Source: Prevotella sp.
GTDB taxonomy: Bacteria; Bacteroidota; Bacteroidia; Bacteroidales; Bacteroidaceae
Reading direction: 5' to 3'
DNA: 64,000 nucleotides
Assembly (NCBI GenBank): GCA_017645645.1
Contig: JAGCOB010000012.1
Coordinates: forward strand, 20,597 to 84,596
In this document: positions 55,485-63,226 of the stretch, piece after piece
Layout of the letters: each line of letters opens with the position of its first letter
Position numbering within the stretch: the stretch's first letter is position 1
The notes under the pieces: model-generated
The model's database searches: none
What the model saw: only the letters and a program-made list of their open reading frames with translations
Told to the model about the DNA's origin: nothing
Translations under genes and position numbers: made by a program

Positions 55485-58400
55485 ATGAGTAAGAGAAACG
55501 ATAATCCATGGAAAGGCCTTGACTCTTATAAGGAGAGTGACCGCTTGTATGGACGCGACGAAGAGATCGAGTTACTGTTCAGCCGCATAGAATATAATAT
55601 CCAGACGGTGGTATACAGCCGCTCGGGCATTGGTAAGTCGTCGATCATCAATGCCGGCATATTCCCCAAGGCGCGGCGAGCCGGCATGTTGCCGATAAGT
55701 ATCCGTTTGCAGCATACCACCAATAAGGACTATCCCACGGCCCCCTATATGGAACAGGTACGCCAGGCTATTGAGAATGAACTGCAGTCGTCTGGCGGTC
55801 GCATTGAGGAACTGGTACCCCATAAGGACGGTCATGAGGAGACTCTTTGGGAATTCCTACACCGGCACCGTTTCTGGTTGAGTGATAAACAGAAGCCTGC
55901 TGTCCCTCTGCTGGTGTTCGACCAATTTGAGGAGATATTTACACTGGAGAAAGACCATCACCGAGTGACAGACTTTTTCAGTCAGGTGGCCGACCTGCTG
56001 AACGGTATCATGCCCGACTACCTGACGGAGGCTGACCATATCGAGGGGACGACAAGCAATGGCATGCTGAACCGTCAGGCACTCTTCCGCGGACTACGTG
56101 GCCGACAGCGTGCCACCATCCAATATCTGACGGAAGATGCCTTCCATATTGTCTTCACATTGCGTGAGGACTATCTCTCCTTCTTGGAGCGCAATACCAG
56201 CCACATCCCTTCGCTCAAGATGAACCGCTACTGTTTGCTGCCCATCAATGAGGAGCAGGCGGCCACCATCATCATGGAACCCCGGCCGGGTCTGGTAGAC
56301 TTGGACGTGGCCAAGCTCATTATAGAGAAAGTGACTGGCGAGACCGACTTTGAACTGGACGGCCGACCGGCCATCTTTGTCGACTCGGCCATCCTGTCAC
56401 TTTATCTGAGTCGTCTGTACGACATCCTACCTGAAGGTGAAGAGAAGATTACTACCCAGTTGGTGAACCAGTTTGGTGACAATATCATCCAGGACTTCTA
56501 CCTGGAAGTCATCGATGGTATGCGTAAGGAGTCCGTCGCCTATCTGGAGGATAACCTGCTCAACAACGAAGGACGTCGGGAAAACATCTCCGTGTATAAC
56601 GCCACCCACGTGGGCGGCCTGACCGAGCAGGAACTGACCTATCTGTGTGAGGAGAAACGACTGCTGCGTCGCTTTGCCTACAGTGGGGACATGCGTCTGG
56701 AATACATCCACGACATTCTGTGTCCTATCATCAAAGACCGCAGGGATATCCGGCAGATGATGAAGGTGCAAGAAGAGGAACGTCAGAAGATTCTGGCGAA
56801 TGAACGTCATAAACGTGAGTTGTTGGAACTGAAGGCCAAGGCCGATCGTCGCCGCTACCGTAACTACATGATAGCGGGCTGTGTAGCCGCTGCTGCCGTA
56901 TTCTTCTTGTGGCTGTACAACTATTACATGAATGTAATGCCCTGTAACTACTATTACGAGTCATTCATCCAGGTCAATGGATGGCCGGTGGGTGTTGGAC
57001 CGCGCCTATCAGAGGAAGAGGCTTTGAAGTTGTCTGTAAGCTACAAGTTGAGCAAGAAGGGCCACAGTCCGGGTACTCCGTTCAATATGATAGAGGTGAT
57101 GAGCAGTGACGGCAAACTGCTGCACAACAAGATGCGCACGCCGCTAGTGAAGCACAGTGAGGTGTCGGATGTGAAGGGCAAGGTCTTCTCGGCCATGCTT
57201 AACAGTACGAAATACTATAAGTTCAGTGCGATAGAGAACTCCAGCACGGCACGTGTGGATAAAATGGAGGCCTTCGACATCAACGGGAAGGTCCTGTATG
57301 TCATTACCTATTTCAAAGCCTTGGAGGACAGGGAGAATTCCGACGGGGATACAGGAGCCTCGTATGTGTGGGCCGTATATACAGACATGAAGGGAGCCCC
57401 TCTGCAGGTCCGCGACAACGGTGCTGACCGCTTCCAGGTGTTCTACAACGAACAGGGTATGGAGGAACGCTATATGTTCTTCGATGAGACTGGTGCCCCC
57501 AAGCAGAACGACCTGGACTGCTTCGGCTACCGTATGCACTATGACAAGGAGAACCGTGTGGACTCGGTATGGACACTGGATCCTTTCGGTGAGGAGGAGT
57601 CGCTGGAGGTGCGGACCTATTCACCAGAGGTGGATGCCTTCACTTTTTACGACCTGAAGGGTCATCGTGCGGTGCAGAAGAAACTGGGTTACCACCAGCG
57701 TGTGGAGACGAAGGACGAAAAGGGCAACATTACTCGTAAGGACTACTACGGTGTCGACCAGAAACTGGTGGACAACAGGCTGCGCCCGGCCATTACTGTT
57801 ATCACGTACGATAAGCTCAACCGTGTGGCAGGCACCAACGATTACGACAATGCCAACCAGCCCTATACGCAGAACCGTAAATACTATGCCCAGCGCGAGT
57901 ATACCTATATCGGCAATACAACAGACGTGCAGAGTGAACTGGACTACCGCTGGAACAGCAAGCGGAAGAAGATGGAGCAGGTGAAGAGTTACGTGGCACG
58001 CCTCTTCGGCAGTGTGACGGAGGAGACGACGATCGATCTGGACAAAAATTATTACCGCATGAAGCGTGTGGAGCATAATGAGGATATGGAACCCGTGTCT
58101 ATCTCGTACTACGGAAAGAACGACAAACCGATGTTCGACAGTATTGACTACTTCCACAAGCATATCACGGAACAGCGTGTACTGCCCAATGGCCAGCGCA
58201 TCGTCGTACACCGTTTCTATGATGTGAACGGTAAGCTGTTCTCTGATCCCGAACACCGTAAATACGCCATCGACTCCTGTATCTATAGTCCCCGCAACCA
58301 GTTGCTAAGCCGCATCTGTTACAGTAGCGACACTGTGGTGGTGCAGTCGCAGGGCTATGAATATAAGGACGGTATTGAGGTTGCTCGTTTCGCACGCGGC

Positions 58401-58988
58401 ATCCATGGCCAGCCCATCCGCTGTCCAAAGTGGGAATGCGACGGACTGAGCTATTACAAGATGCTGAGCGTACGGTCGATTACTGATGCCCTTTCCTATG
58501 TGAAGCCTGTCAGTGAGTACGGCTGTACGTCGTGGGCTTATGACGGTCAAGACCCTTTCGGCAAATTTGAGAGCCGCGATCAGACACTTACTACTTACCG
58601 CATGGGTAGTAACTGGACGAAGACGGCCATTACCATTGTCTATGCCGACCATGTCCCCTTGAATGCCCACTCTGTGGTGTATGTCCACCTGACGCGTTAT
58701 AACTTCCCTGCCGACCGGTTGGGACTGCGCGACGGTGACCTGCTGCTCAGTATAGGTAATTGGAAATACACCTCCGACCCGTCTTCCACTGCCGCTCAGG
58801 GACAGTGGGACAGGATAGGGAAGACCCCTATGAGTATGACGGTGGGACGCTATAACCCCAAAGACCGTAGTTGGAAGGTGCTGACCTTCAAGGTTCCGAC
58901 TTTCCGTGGAGACTTCGGATGCGAGATATACCCCGTCTACTATACGGATGATGAATACAAGGAATACGAGAAACTATTAGCACTATGA
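55485..58988 (+). CDS. nSTAND1-type NTPase with coiled coil, TM helix, YD-like repeats and PDZ-like C-terminus
   Basis: NPWKGLDSY...YGRDEE, SRSGIGKSS, LVFDQFEEIFT, LREDYL, EYIHD; TM YMIAGCVAAAAVFFLWLY; repeats YNEQG, YDKENRV, KDEKGNI, YDKLNRV; PADRLGLRDGDLLLSIGNW. Confidence 0.85.
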   Translation: MSKRNDNPWKGLDSYKESDRLYGRDEEIELLFSRIEYNIQTVVYSRSGIGKSSIINAGIFPKARRAGMLPISIRLQHTTNKDYPTAPYMEQVRQAIENELQSSGGRIEELVPHKDGHEETLWEFLHRHRFWLSDKQKPAVPLLVFDQFEEIFTLEKDHHRVTDFFSQVADLLNGIMPDYLTEADHIEGTTSNGMLNRQALFRGLRGRQRATIQYLTEDAFHIVFTLREDYLSFLERNTSHIPSLKMNRYCLLPINEEQAATIIMEPRPGLVDLDVAKLIIEKVTGETDFELDGRPAIFVDSAILSLYLSRLYDILPEGEEKITTQLVNQFGDNIIQDFYLEVIDGMRKESVAYLEDNLLNNEGRRENISVYNATHVGGLTEQELTYLCEEKRLLRRFAYSGDMRLEYIHDILCPIIKDRRDIRQMMKVQEEERQKILANERHKRELLELKAKADRRRYRNYMIAGCVAAAAVFFLWLYNYYMNVMPCNYYYESFIQVNGWPVGVGPRLSEEEALKLSVSYKLSKKGHSPGTPFNMIEVMSSDGKLLHNKMRTPLVKHSEVSDVKGKVFSAMLNSTKYYKFSAIENSSTARVDKMEAFDINGKVLYVITYFKALEDRENSDGDTGASYVWAVYTDMKGAPLQVRDNGADRFQVFYNEQGMEERYMFFDETGAPKQNDLDCFGYRMHYDKENRVDSVWTLDPFGEEESLEVRTYSPEVDAFTFYDLKGHRAVQKKLGYHQRVETKDEKGNITRKDYYGVDQKLVDNRLRPAITVITYDKLNRVAGTNDYDNANQPYTQNRKYYAQREYTYIGNTTDVQSELDYRWNSKRKKMEQVKSYVARLFGSVTEETTIDLDKNYYRMKRVEHNEDMEPVSISYYGKNDKPMFDSIDYFHKHITEQRVLPNGQRIVVHRFYDVNGKLFSDPEHRKYAIDSCIYSPRNQLLSRICYSSDTVVVQSQGYEYKDGIEVARFARGIHGQPIRCPKWECDGLSYYKMLSVRSITDALSYVKPVSEYGCTSWAYDGQDPFGKFESRDQTLTTYRMGSNWTKTAITIVYADHVPLNAHSVVYVHLTRYNFPADRLGLRDGDLLLSIGNWKYTSDPSSTAAQGQWDRIGKTPMSMTVGRYNPKDRSWKVLTFKVPTFRGDFGCEIYPVYYTDDEYKEYEKLLAL

Positions 58989-60181
58989 CACAAGACCCCT
59001 ATACAAACGAACGGACGATCAGTACACTGAAGGAATCCATCTTGCAACAGGTGGAGAATACTAACGACTCCTCGGTGCTTACTCGCTGTCTGGAGATGTT
59101 GGAGGCAGCCCAAAAACGGCGGGAGGAAGGTGACGAGATTGTCAAGGAGATGGCCGTTATGGGCCAGTTACGCAACAGTATGTCTGACAAGCAGCAGCTA
59201 GTCAGCCATTCTCTGGCCAGCAAAGTGGATAAAGACAGACTTCAGGAAGAAAGCGATACCGTTGATGCTGACGAACCGGCTGCCGACGACCGTAAGCGGA
59301 AGTTCTCGCCTTATGCTCTCCTGCACGACACCGTATCCATTCACCGGCAGGTAGTGGGTGTGTTGGCGGCTATTGCCGTCTGTGCCGTCATCGTGCTGGC
59401 CAGCAAGTATTTCCACTGGGGTTCAAACGATGACGACAAGGAAGTTACAACTGTGGCCACGAAGATAGAGACCATTGAGGTGAACGGCTATCGTTTCAAT
59501 ATGGTACATGTAGACGGAGGTACTTTCACAATGGGAGCTACCGTCCGTGATGGTGAACAGGATAATGACGAACTGCCCGTACAACAGGTAACTCTCAGCA
59601 GCTATTCCATCGGTGAGACAGAGGTGACGCAAGGTCTATGGAAGGCCGTCATGGGTAATCTGCCTGCCACTTTTGACGGTGACAACCATCCGATGAAGAG
59701 TATCAGTTGGGATGACTGTCAGGAGTTTATTGCACAGTTGAATAAACTGACAGGTCATAAGTTCAGGCTGCCTACTGAGGCTCAGTGGGAGTTTGCCGCA
59801 CGTGGTGGAAACCAAAGTAAGAACTACAAGTATGCAGGAAGCAACAACATTGACGAGGTGGCTTGGTACTCAGGTAATGCATGGGATATGGGAAAGGAGT
59901 CACCGGCATTCGGCAACCATACCGTGGGAACCCGCAAGCCCAACGAGTTAGGACTGTATGATATGTCAGGCAACGTATGGGAATGGTGTCAGGACTGCTA
60001 CGAGCACTACGACGGCAAGCCGAAGAAAGATCCTGTCGGACCCCTCGACTCGAAGAATTCCTATCGCGTCAATCGTGGTGGTTCATGGGACTATATCGCA
60101 GAGAGTGCACGCTCCTGTAACCGCCGCAACCGAACCCCTGATTTCCGTAACTTCAATCTCGGCATGCGTCTGGCAGAATAG
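58985..60181 (+). CDS. Membrane-anchored FGE-sulfatase (formylglycine-generating-enzyme fold) domain protein
   Basis: TM VVGVLAAIAVCAVIVLA; GGTFTMG, ETEVTQGLW, RLPTEAQWEFAARGG, PNELGLYDMSGNVWEWC, RVNRGGSW, LGMRL; ATGA overlap with the NTPase gene. Confidence 0.92.
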   Translation: MTQDPYTNERTISTLKESILQQVENTNDSSVLTRCLEMLEAAQKRREEGDEIVKEMAVMGQLRNSMSDKQQLVSHSLASKVDKDRLQEESDTVDADEPAADDRKRKFSPYALLHDTVSIHRQVVGVLAAIAVCAVIVLASKYFHWGSNDDDKEVTTVATKIETIEVNGYRFNMVHVDGGTFTMGATVRDGEQDNDELPVQQVTLSSYSIGETEVTQGLWKAVMGNLPATFDGDNHPMKSISWDDCQEFIAQLNKLTGHKFRLPTEAQWEFAARGGNQSKNYKYAGSNNIDEVAWYSGNAWDMGKESPAFGNHTVGTRKPNELGLYDMSGNVWEWCQDCYEHYDGKPKKDPVGPLDSKNSYRVNRGGSWDYIAESARSCNRRNRTPDFRNFNLGMRLAE

Positions 60182-61667
60182 TCTGCACCTTCGGCCAATT
60201 GACGAGAAAGAGGTGTTCGGTGGCTCGTGTGAAGGCGGTATAGAGCCAGTGGATATAGTCGCTTGAAAGCATGTCGTCCGTCATATAGCCTTGGTCGATA
60301 TAGACATGTGCCCACTGACCGCCCTGTGCCTTATGACAAGTGGCGGCATAGGCAAACTTGATCTGCAAGGCGTTATAGTATTTGTCTTCCTTGAGTTTCT
60401 TCAGGCGGTCATGCTTATAGGGAATGTCTGCATAGTCCTCCATCACCTTATTATATAATTGTTCCTGTTGCTTATGTGTCAGGGCTGGAGCCTCAGAAGT
60501 CAGTGTGTCGAGAATCACCATCGCCGTCAATTCATAATCGTCATAGTCGGGGAAGGTCATCGTTACCTCAGCGAATCGGAAGCCATACTGTTCATGGACA
60601 TTCCTGACACGACGCACTACTACATGGTCGCCGTTGGCAATGAACTCTAAGCCCCCTAAGTTAGGGGGTTGGGGGTCTGAAGATTGGCTCTTGTTCAGAC
60701 CCCTGTTGTCCCCTAACTTAGGGGACACAGACACCCAGTAATAGTTATTCTTCACGATCATCAACTGATCACCAGTGGTGAGTTCCTCCTCCCGTCCCAG
60801 TACCATGTTACGGATTCCCTGATTATAGATATTTGCCCGCTTGTTGCTACGGGTGATGACCATCGTCTCGTCAATGCCCACCTTTGAATAACTGCTTGCC
60901 AGTGACTCTATCAACTCATCACCCGGCACCACCTTGATATCGGAAAAGCCTGAGAAACGAATCTGAGGCAATTGGGGACTCCCCTCTCTTGTAGGAGAGG
61001 GCCTGGGGGTGAGGTTCCTTATCCTCGTCGCATTAAACAAAATACCTGACTCCTGACTCTGCCGCAACACCTCGTTGAGGTCACACTCATGGACATGCAA
61101 GCCATAGGAACTCAGGATCTCTGACATCAGGGCAGGACTCTCTTCCTCACCGACAGGCGGCAACTGGGCACGGTCACCTATAAACAGCATCCTGCAGTTA
61201 CGCCCGTTATATACAAACTGGATGAGGTCATCCAATAATTGTCCGTTGGCGAAAGGAGTGTCACCGTAGTTTGATGCATTGGCAATCATCGAGGCCTCGT
61301 CAACGATAAACAGCGTGTCCTGCATCATGTTATAGTTCAATTCAAAAGCACCCTCCAAGGATTTCTGCCGATAGATACGGCGGTGGATGGTATAGGCAGG
61401 ATGGCTGGCATAGAGTGAGAAGATCTTGGCGGCACGTCCTGTCGGGGCTAGTAATGCGATTTTCTGTTGGAGTGATACCATGGCTTTGACAATGGCGGCG
61501 GCAAGGGTCGTCTTACCAGTTCCTGCCGAGCCTCGCATCACCATTGCCGCATGTTCATGACGGTCTGTCATGAACATCGCAAAGACATCCATTGCTTGTT
61601 CCTGTTCTTCTGTTGGAATATGTCCGAAGACAGAACGGATGCGGTATTTCAGTTCGTCAGTAATCAT
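60153..61667 (-). CDS. RecD-like SF1 helicase/ATPase
   Basis: GSAGTGKT, LAPTGRAA, TIHR, VDEASM, IGDRAQLPPV, LNEVLRQ, YAATCHKAQG, WLYTAFTRA; start ATG 61667. Confidence 0.92.
   Translation of the reverse strand: MITDELKYRIRSVFGHIPTEEQEQAMDVFAMFMTDRHEHAAMVMRGSAGTGKTTLAAAIVKAMVSLQQKIALLAPTGRAAKIFSLYASHPAYTIHRRIYRQKSLEGAFELNYNMMQDTLFIVDEASMIANASNYGDTPFANGQLLDDLIQFVYNGRNCRMLFIGDRAQLPPVGEEESPALMSEILSSYGLHVHECDLNEVLRQSQESGILFNATRIRNLTPRPSPTREGSPQLPQIRFSGFSDIKVVPGDELIESLASSYSKVGIDETMVITRSNKRANIYNQGIRNMVLGREEELTTGDQLMIVKNNYYWVSVSPKLGDNRGLNKSQSSDPQPPNLGGLEFIANGDHVVVRRVRNVHEQYGFRFAEVTMTFPDYDDYELTAMVILDTLTSEAPALTHKQQEQLYNKVMEDYADIPYKHDRLKKLKEDKYYNALQIKFAYAATCHKAQGGQWAHVYIDQGYMTDDMLSSDYIHWLYTAFTRATEHLFLVNWPKVQTILPDACRD
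60651..60726. repeat. REPIN-like inverted doublet in frame inside the RecD-like gene
   Basis: Coding strand GTCCCCTAAGTTAGGGGACAACAGGGGTCTGAAC...TTCAGACCCCCAACCCCCTAACTTAGGGGGC; 31 nt of the right arm identical to 45998-46028. Confidence 0.88.
60978..61014. repeat. Second REP-like palindrome in frame inside the RecD-like gene
   Basis: ACTCCCCTCTCTTGTAGGAGAGGGCCTGGGGGTGAGG; encodes LTPRPSPTREGS on the minus strand. Confidence 0.7.
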
Positions 61668-61688
61668 ATTTTCATGCAAAGATACAAA

Positions 61689-61721
61689 AAACTCTAAACT
61701 CTAAACTCTAAACTCTAAACT
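61689..61721. repeat. Perfect heptamer tandem repeat (AAACTCT x4 plus partial)
   Basis: Sits between divergent -7 boxes at 61677-61684 (-) and 61728-61735 (+). Confidence 0.92.
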
Positions 61722-61743
61722 TTTTATTACCTTTGCAAACGGA

Positions 61744-61836
61744 ATGAAGATGAACAACCATATTGTTAACGTGATACTTCTTGTAGTGGCAGGTATCCTT
61801 ACCGTGCTCTGTGTCATGAGTATCATACAACACTGA
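61744..61836 (+). CDS. 30-aa single-TM microprotein or gene remnant (not in ORF track)
   Basis: MKMNNHIVNVILLVVAGILTVLCVMSIIQH; fills the gap between the promoter and the DUF3822 gene. Confidence 0.6.
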   Translation: MKMNNHIVNVILLVVAGILTVLCVMSIIQH

Positions 61837-61844
61837 ATACGAAG

Positions 61845-62663
61845 ATGCAGGAGAAAAGTAACATCAACCAGTCGATGAGACTGATCATCCGGATCAGTCG
61901 TAATAGTCTATCCTTTGCTACTGTCAATGGCGAAGGTGACGGTGACGGACATGTTATCTATGTGCCTTATTTTCTCAACAGTGGCATCTCTATGGCTGCC
62001 AACCTGCGTGAGGCTTTCCGTTCTGAGGCTATCTTGAAAGAATCCTATGCACGAGTTTTGGTGATGGTTGACTCTCCAGTGTTGATGGTTCCTATCGAAC
62101 AATTTCATGAGGAAGAGCAACGTACCCTGTACCTGTATACTTTTCAGGGACACGAACAGGATGAGATGGCCCATACGGTATTGCCAGACTTGAACTGCGT
62201 GGCGGTATTCTGTATCAACCGTGATCTGAAACTAGTGATAGAAGATCATTTCCAGCAGCCTACTTTCATTGCTGCCATTGCACCCGTCTGGCGTTATCTC
62301 CACCAGCGTAGTTATATGGGTGTCAGGGGGAAACTCTATGCCTATTTCCATGACAATCGTATGGAGGTGTTCGGATACGGGCAGAACCGTTTCAGGTTCT
62401 GTAATACCTTCGATGCCAAGGATGTTCATGATGCCCTCTATTTCCTGTTGTATGTGTGGAAACAGATTGGTCTTCAGGCAGAGCGGGACGAATTGCACAT
62501 GGTGGGTAATATTCCAGAGCGTGACTGGTTGATAGAAGAGTTGCAGAAATACCTCAAGAGGGTCTATACCATTAATCCTGCCGGTGATTTCAACCGTTCT
62601 GCGGTGACACAGATAGAGGGTATGCCTTACGACCTGATGACCTTATTCGTGAAAGGAAGATGA
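61845..62663 (+). CDS. DUF3822 family protein
   Basis: LIIRISRNSLSF, GISMAANLREAF, FCNTF...DALYFLLYVWKQIG, MPYDLMTL; usual position upstream of rsmD. Confidence 0.85.
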   Translation: MQEKSNINQSMRLIIRISRNSLSFATVNGEGDGDGHVIYVPYFLNSGISMAANLREAFRSEAILKESYARVLVMVDSPVLMVPIEQFHEEEQRTLYLYTFQGHEQDEMAHTVLPDLNCVAVFCINRDLKLVIEDHFQQPTFIAAIAPVWRYLHQRSYMGVRGKLYAYFHDNRMEVFGYGQNRFRFCNTFDAKDVHDALYFLLYVWKQIGLQAERDELHMVGNIPERDWLIEELQKYLKRVYTINPAGDFNRSAVTQIEGMPYDLMTLFVKGR

Positions 62664-63226
62664 GAATCATCACAGGAAAATACAAAGGTCGGCATTTTGA
62701 GATACCACGCTCGTTCAAGGCTCGTCCGACGACGGATTTTGCCAAGGAGAATATCTTCAATGTACTTAACGGCTATCTTGATTTCGAGGAGGCTACGGCA
62801 CTCGATCTCTTCTCTGGAACAGGGAGCATCACGTTGGAATTGCTCTCCCGTGGATGCAGTCAGGTCATCAGTGTAGAGATGGATCGTGACCATCACCGTT
62901 TTATCCAGGAATGTCTGAAAAAACTCTTCACTCCCAACTCTCCACTCTCAACCGTCATCCCCATTCGCGGTGATGTCTTCCGCTTCATCAAAACCTGTAA
63001 GCAGCAGTTTGACTTTATCTTTGCCGATCCGCCATACGCACTGAAGGAATTGCCGACCATTCCTGATCTCATCTTTGAGAAGAACTTACTGAAGGAGGAC
63101 GGCATCTTTGTCTTTGAGCATGGCAAAGACTATGATTTCTCAGCGCATCCGCATTTCGTGGAGCACCGCAGTTATGGCAGCGTGAACTTCTCGTTGTTTA
63201 AAGCAGCGGAGAAAACAGTCGGGTAA
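62660..63226 (+). CDS. rsmD: 16S rRNA (guanine966-N2)-methyltransferase
   Basis: MRIITGKYKGR, RPTTDFAKENIFN, LDLFSGTG, FADPPY, FEH, RSYG. Confidence 0.94.
   Translation: MRIITGKYKGRHFEIPRSFKARPTTDFAKENIFNVLNGYLDFEEATALDLFSGTGSITLELLSRGCSQVISVEMDRDHHRFIQECLKKLFTPNSPLSTVIPIRGDVFRFIKTCKQQFDFIFADPPYALKELPTIPDLIFEKNLLKEDGIFVFEHGKDYDFSAHPHFVEHRSYGSVNFSLFKAAEKTVG

Noticed and set aside
60040-60181. Diversity-generating retroelement target (FGE/CLec C-terminus)
   Set aside because: The fold is a common DGR target, but I found no template repeat, reverse transcriptase or Avd gene in the window; a remote DGR cannot be excluded
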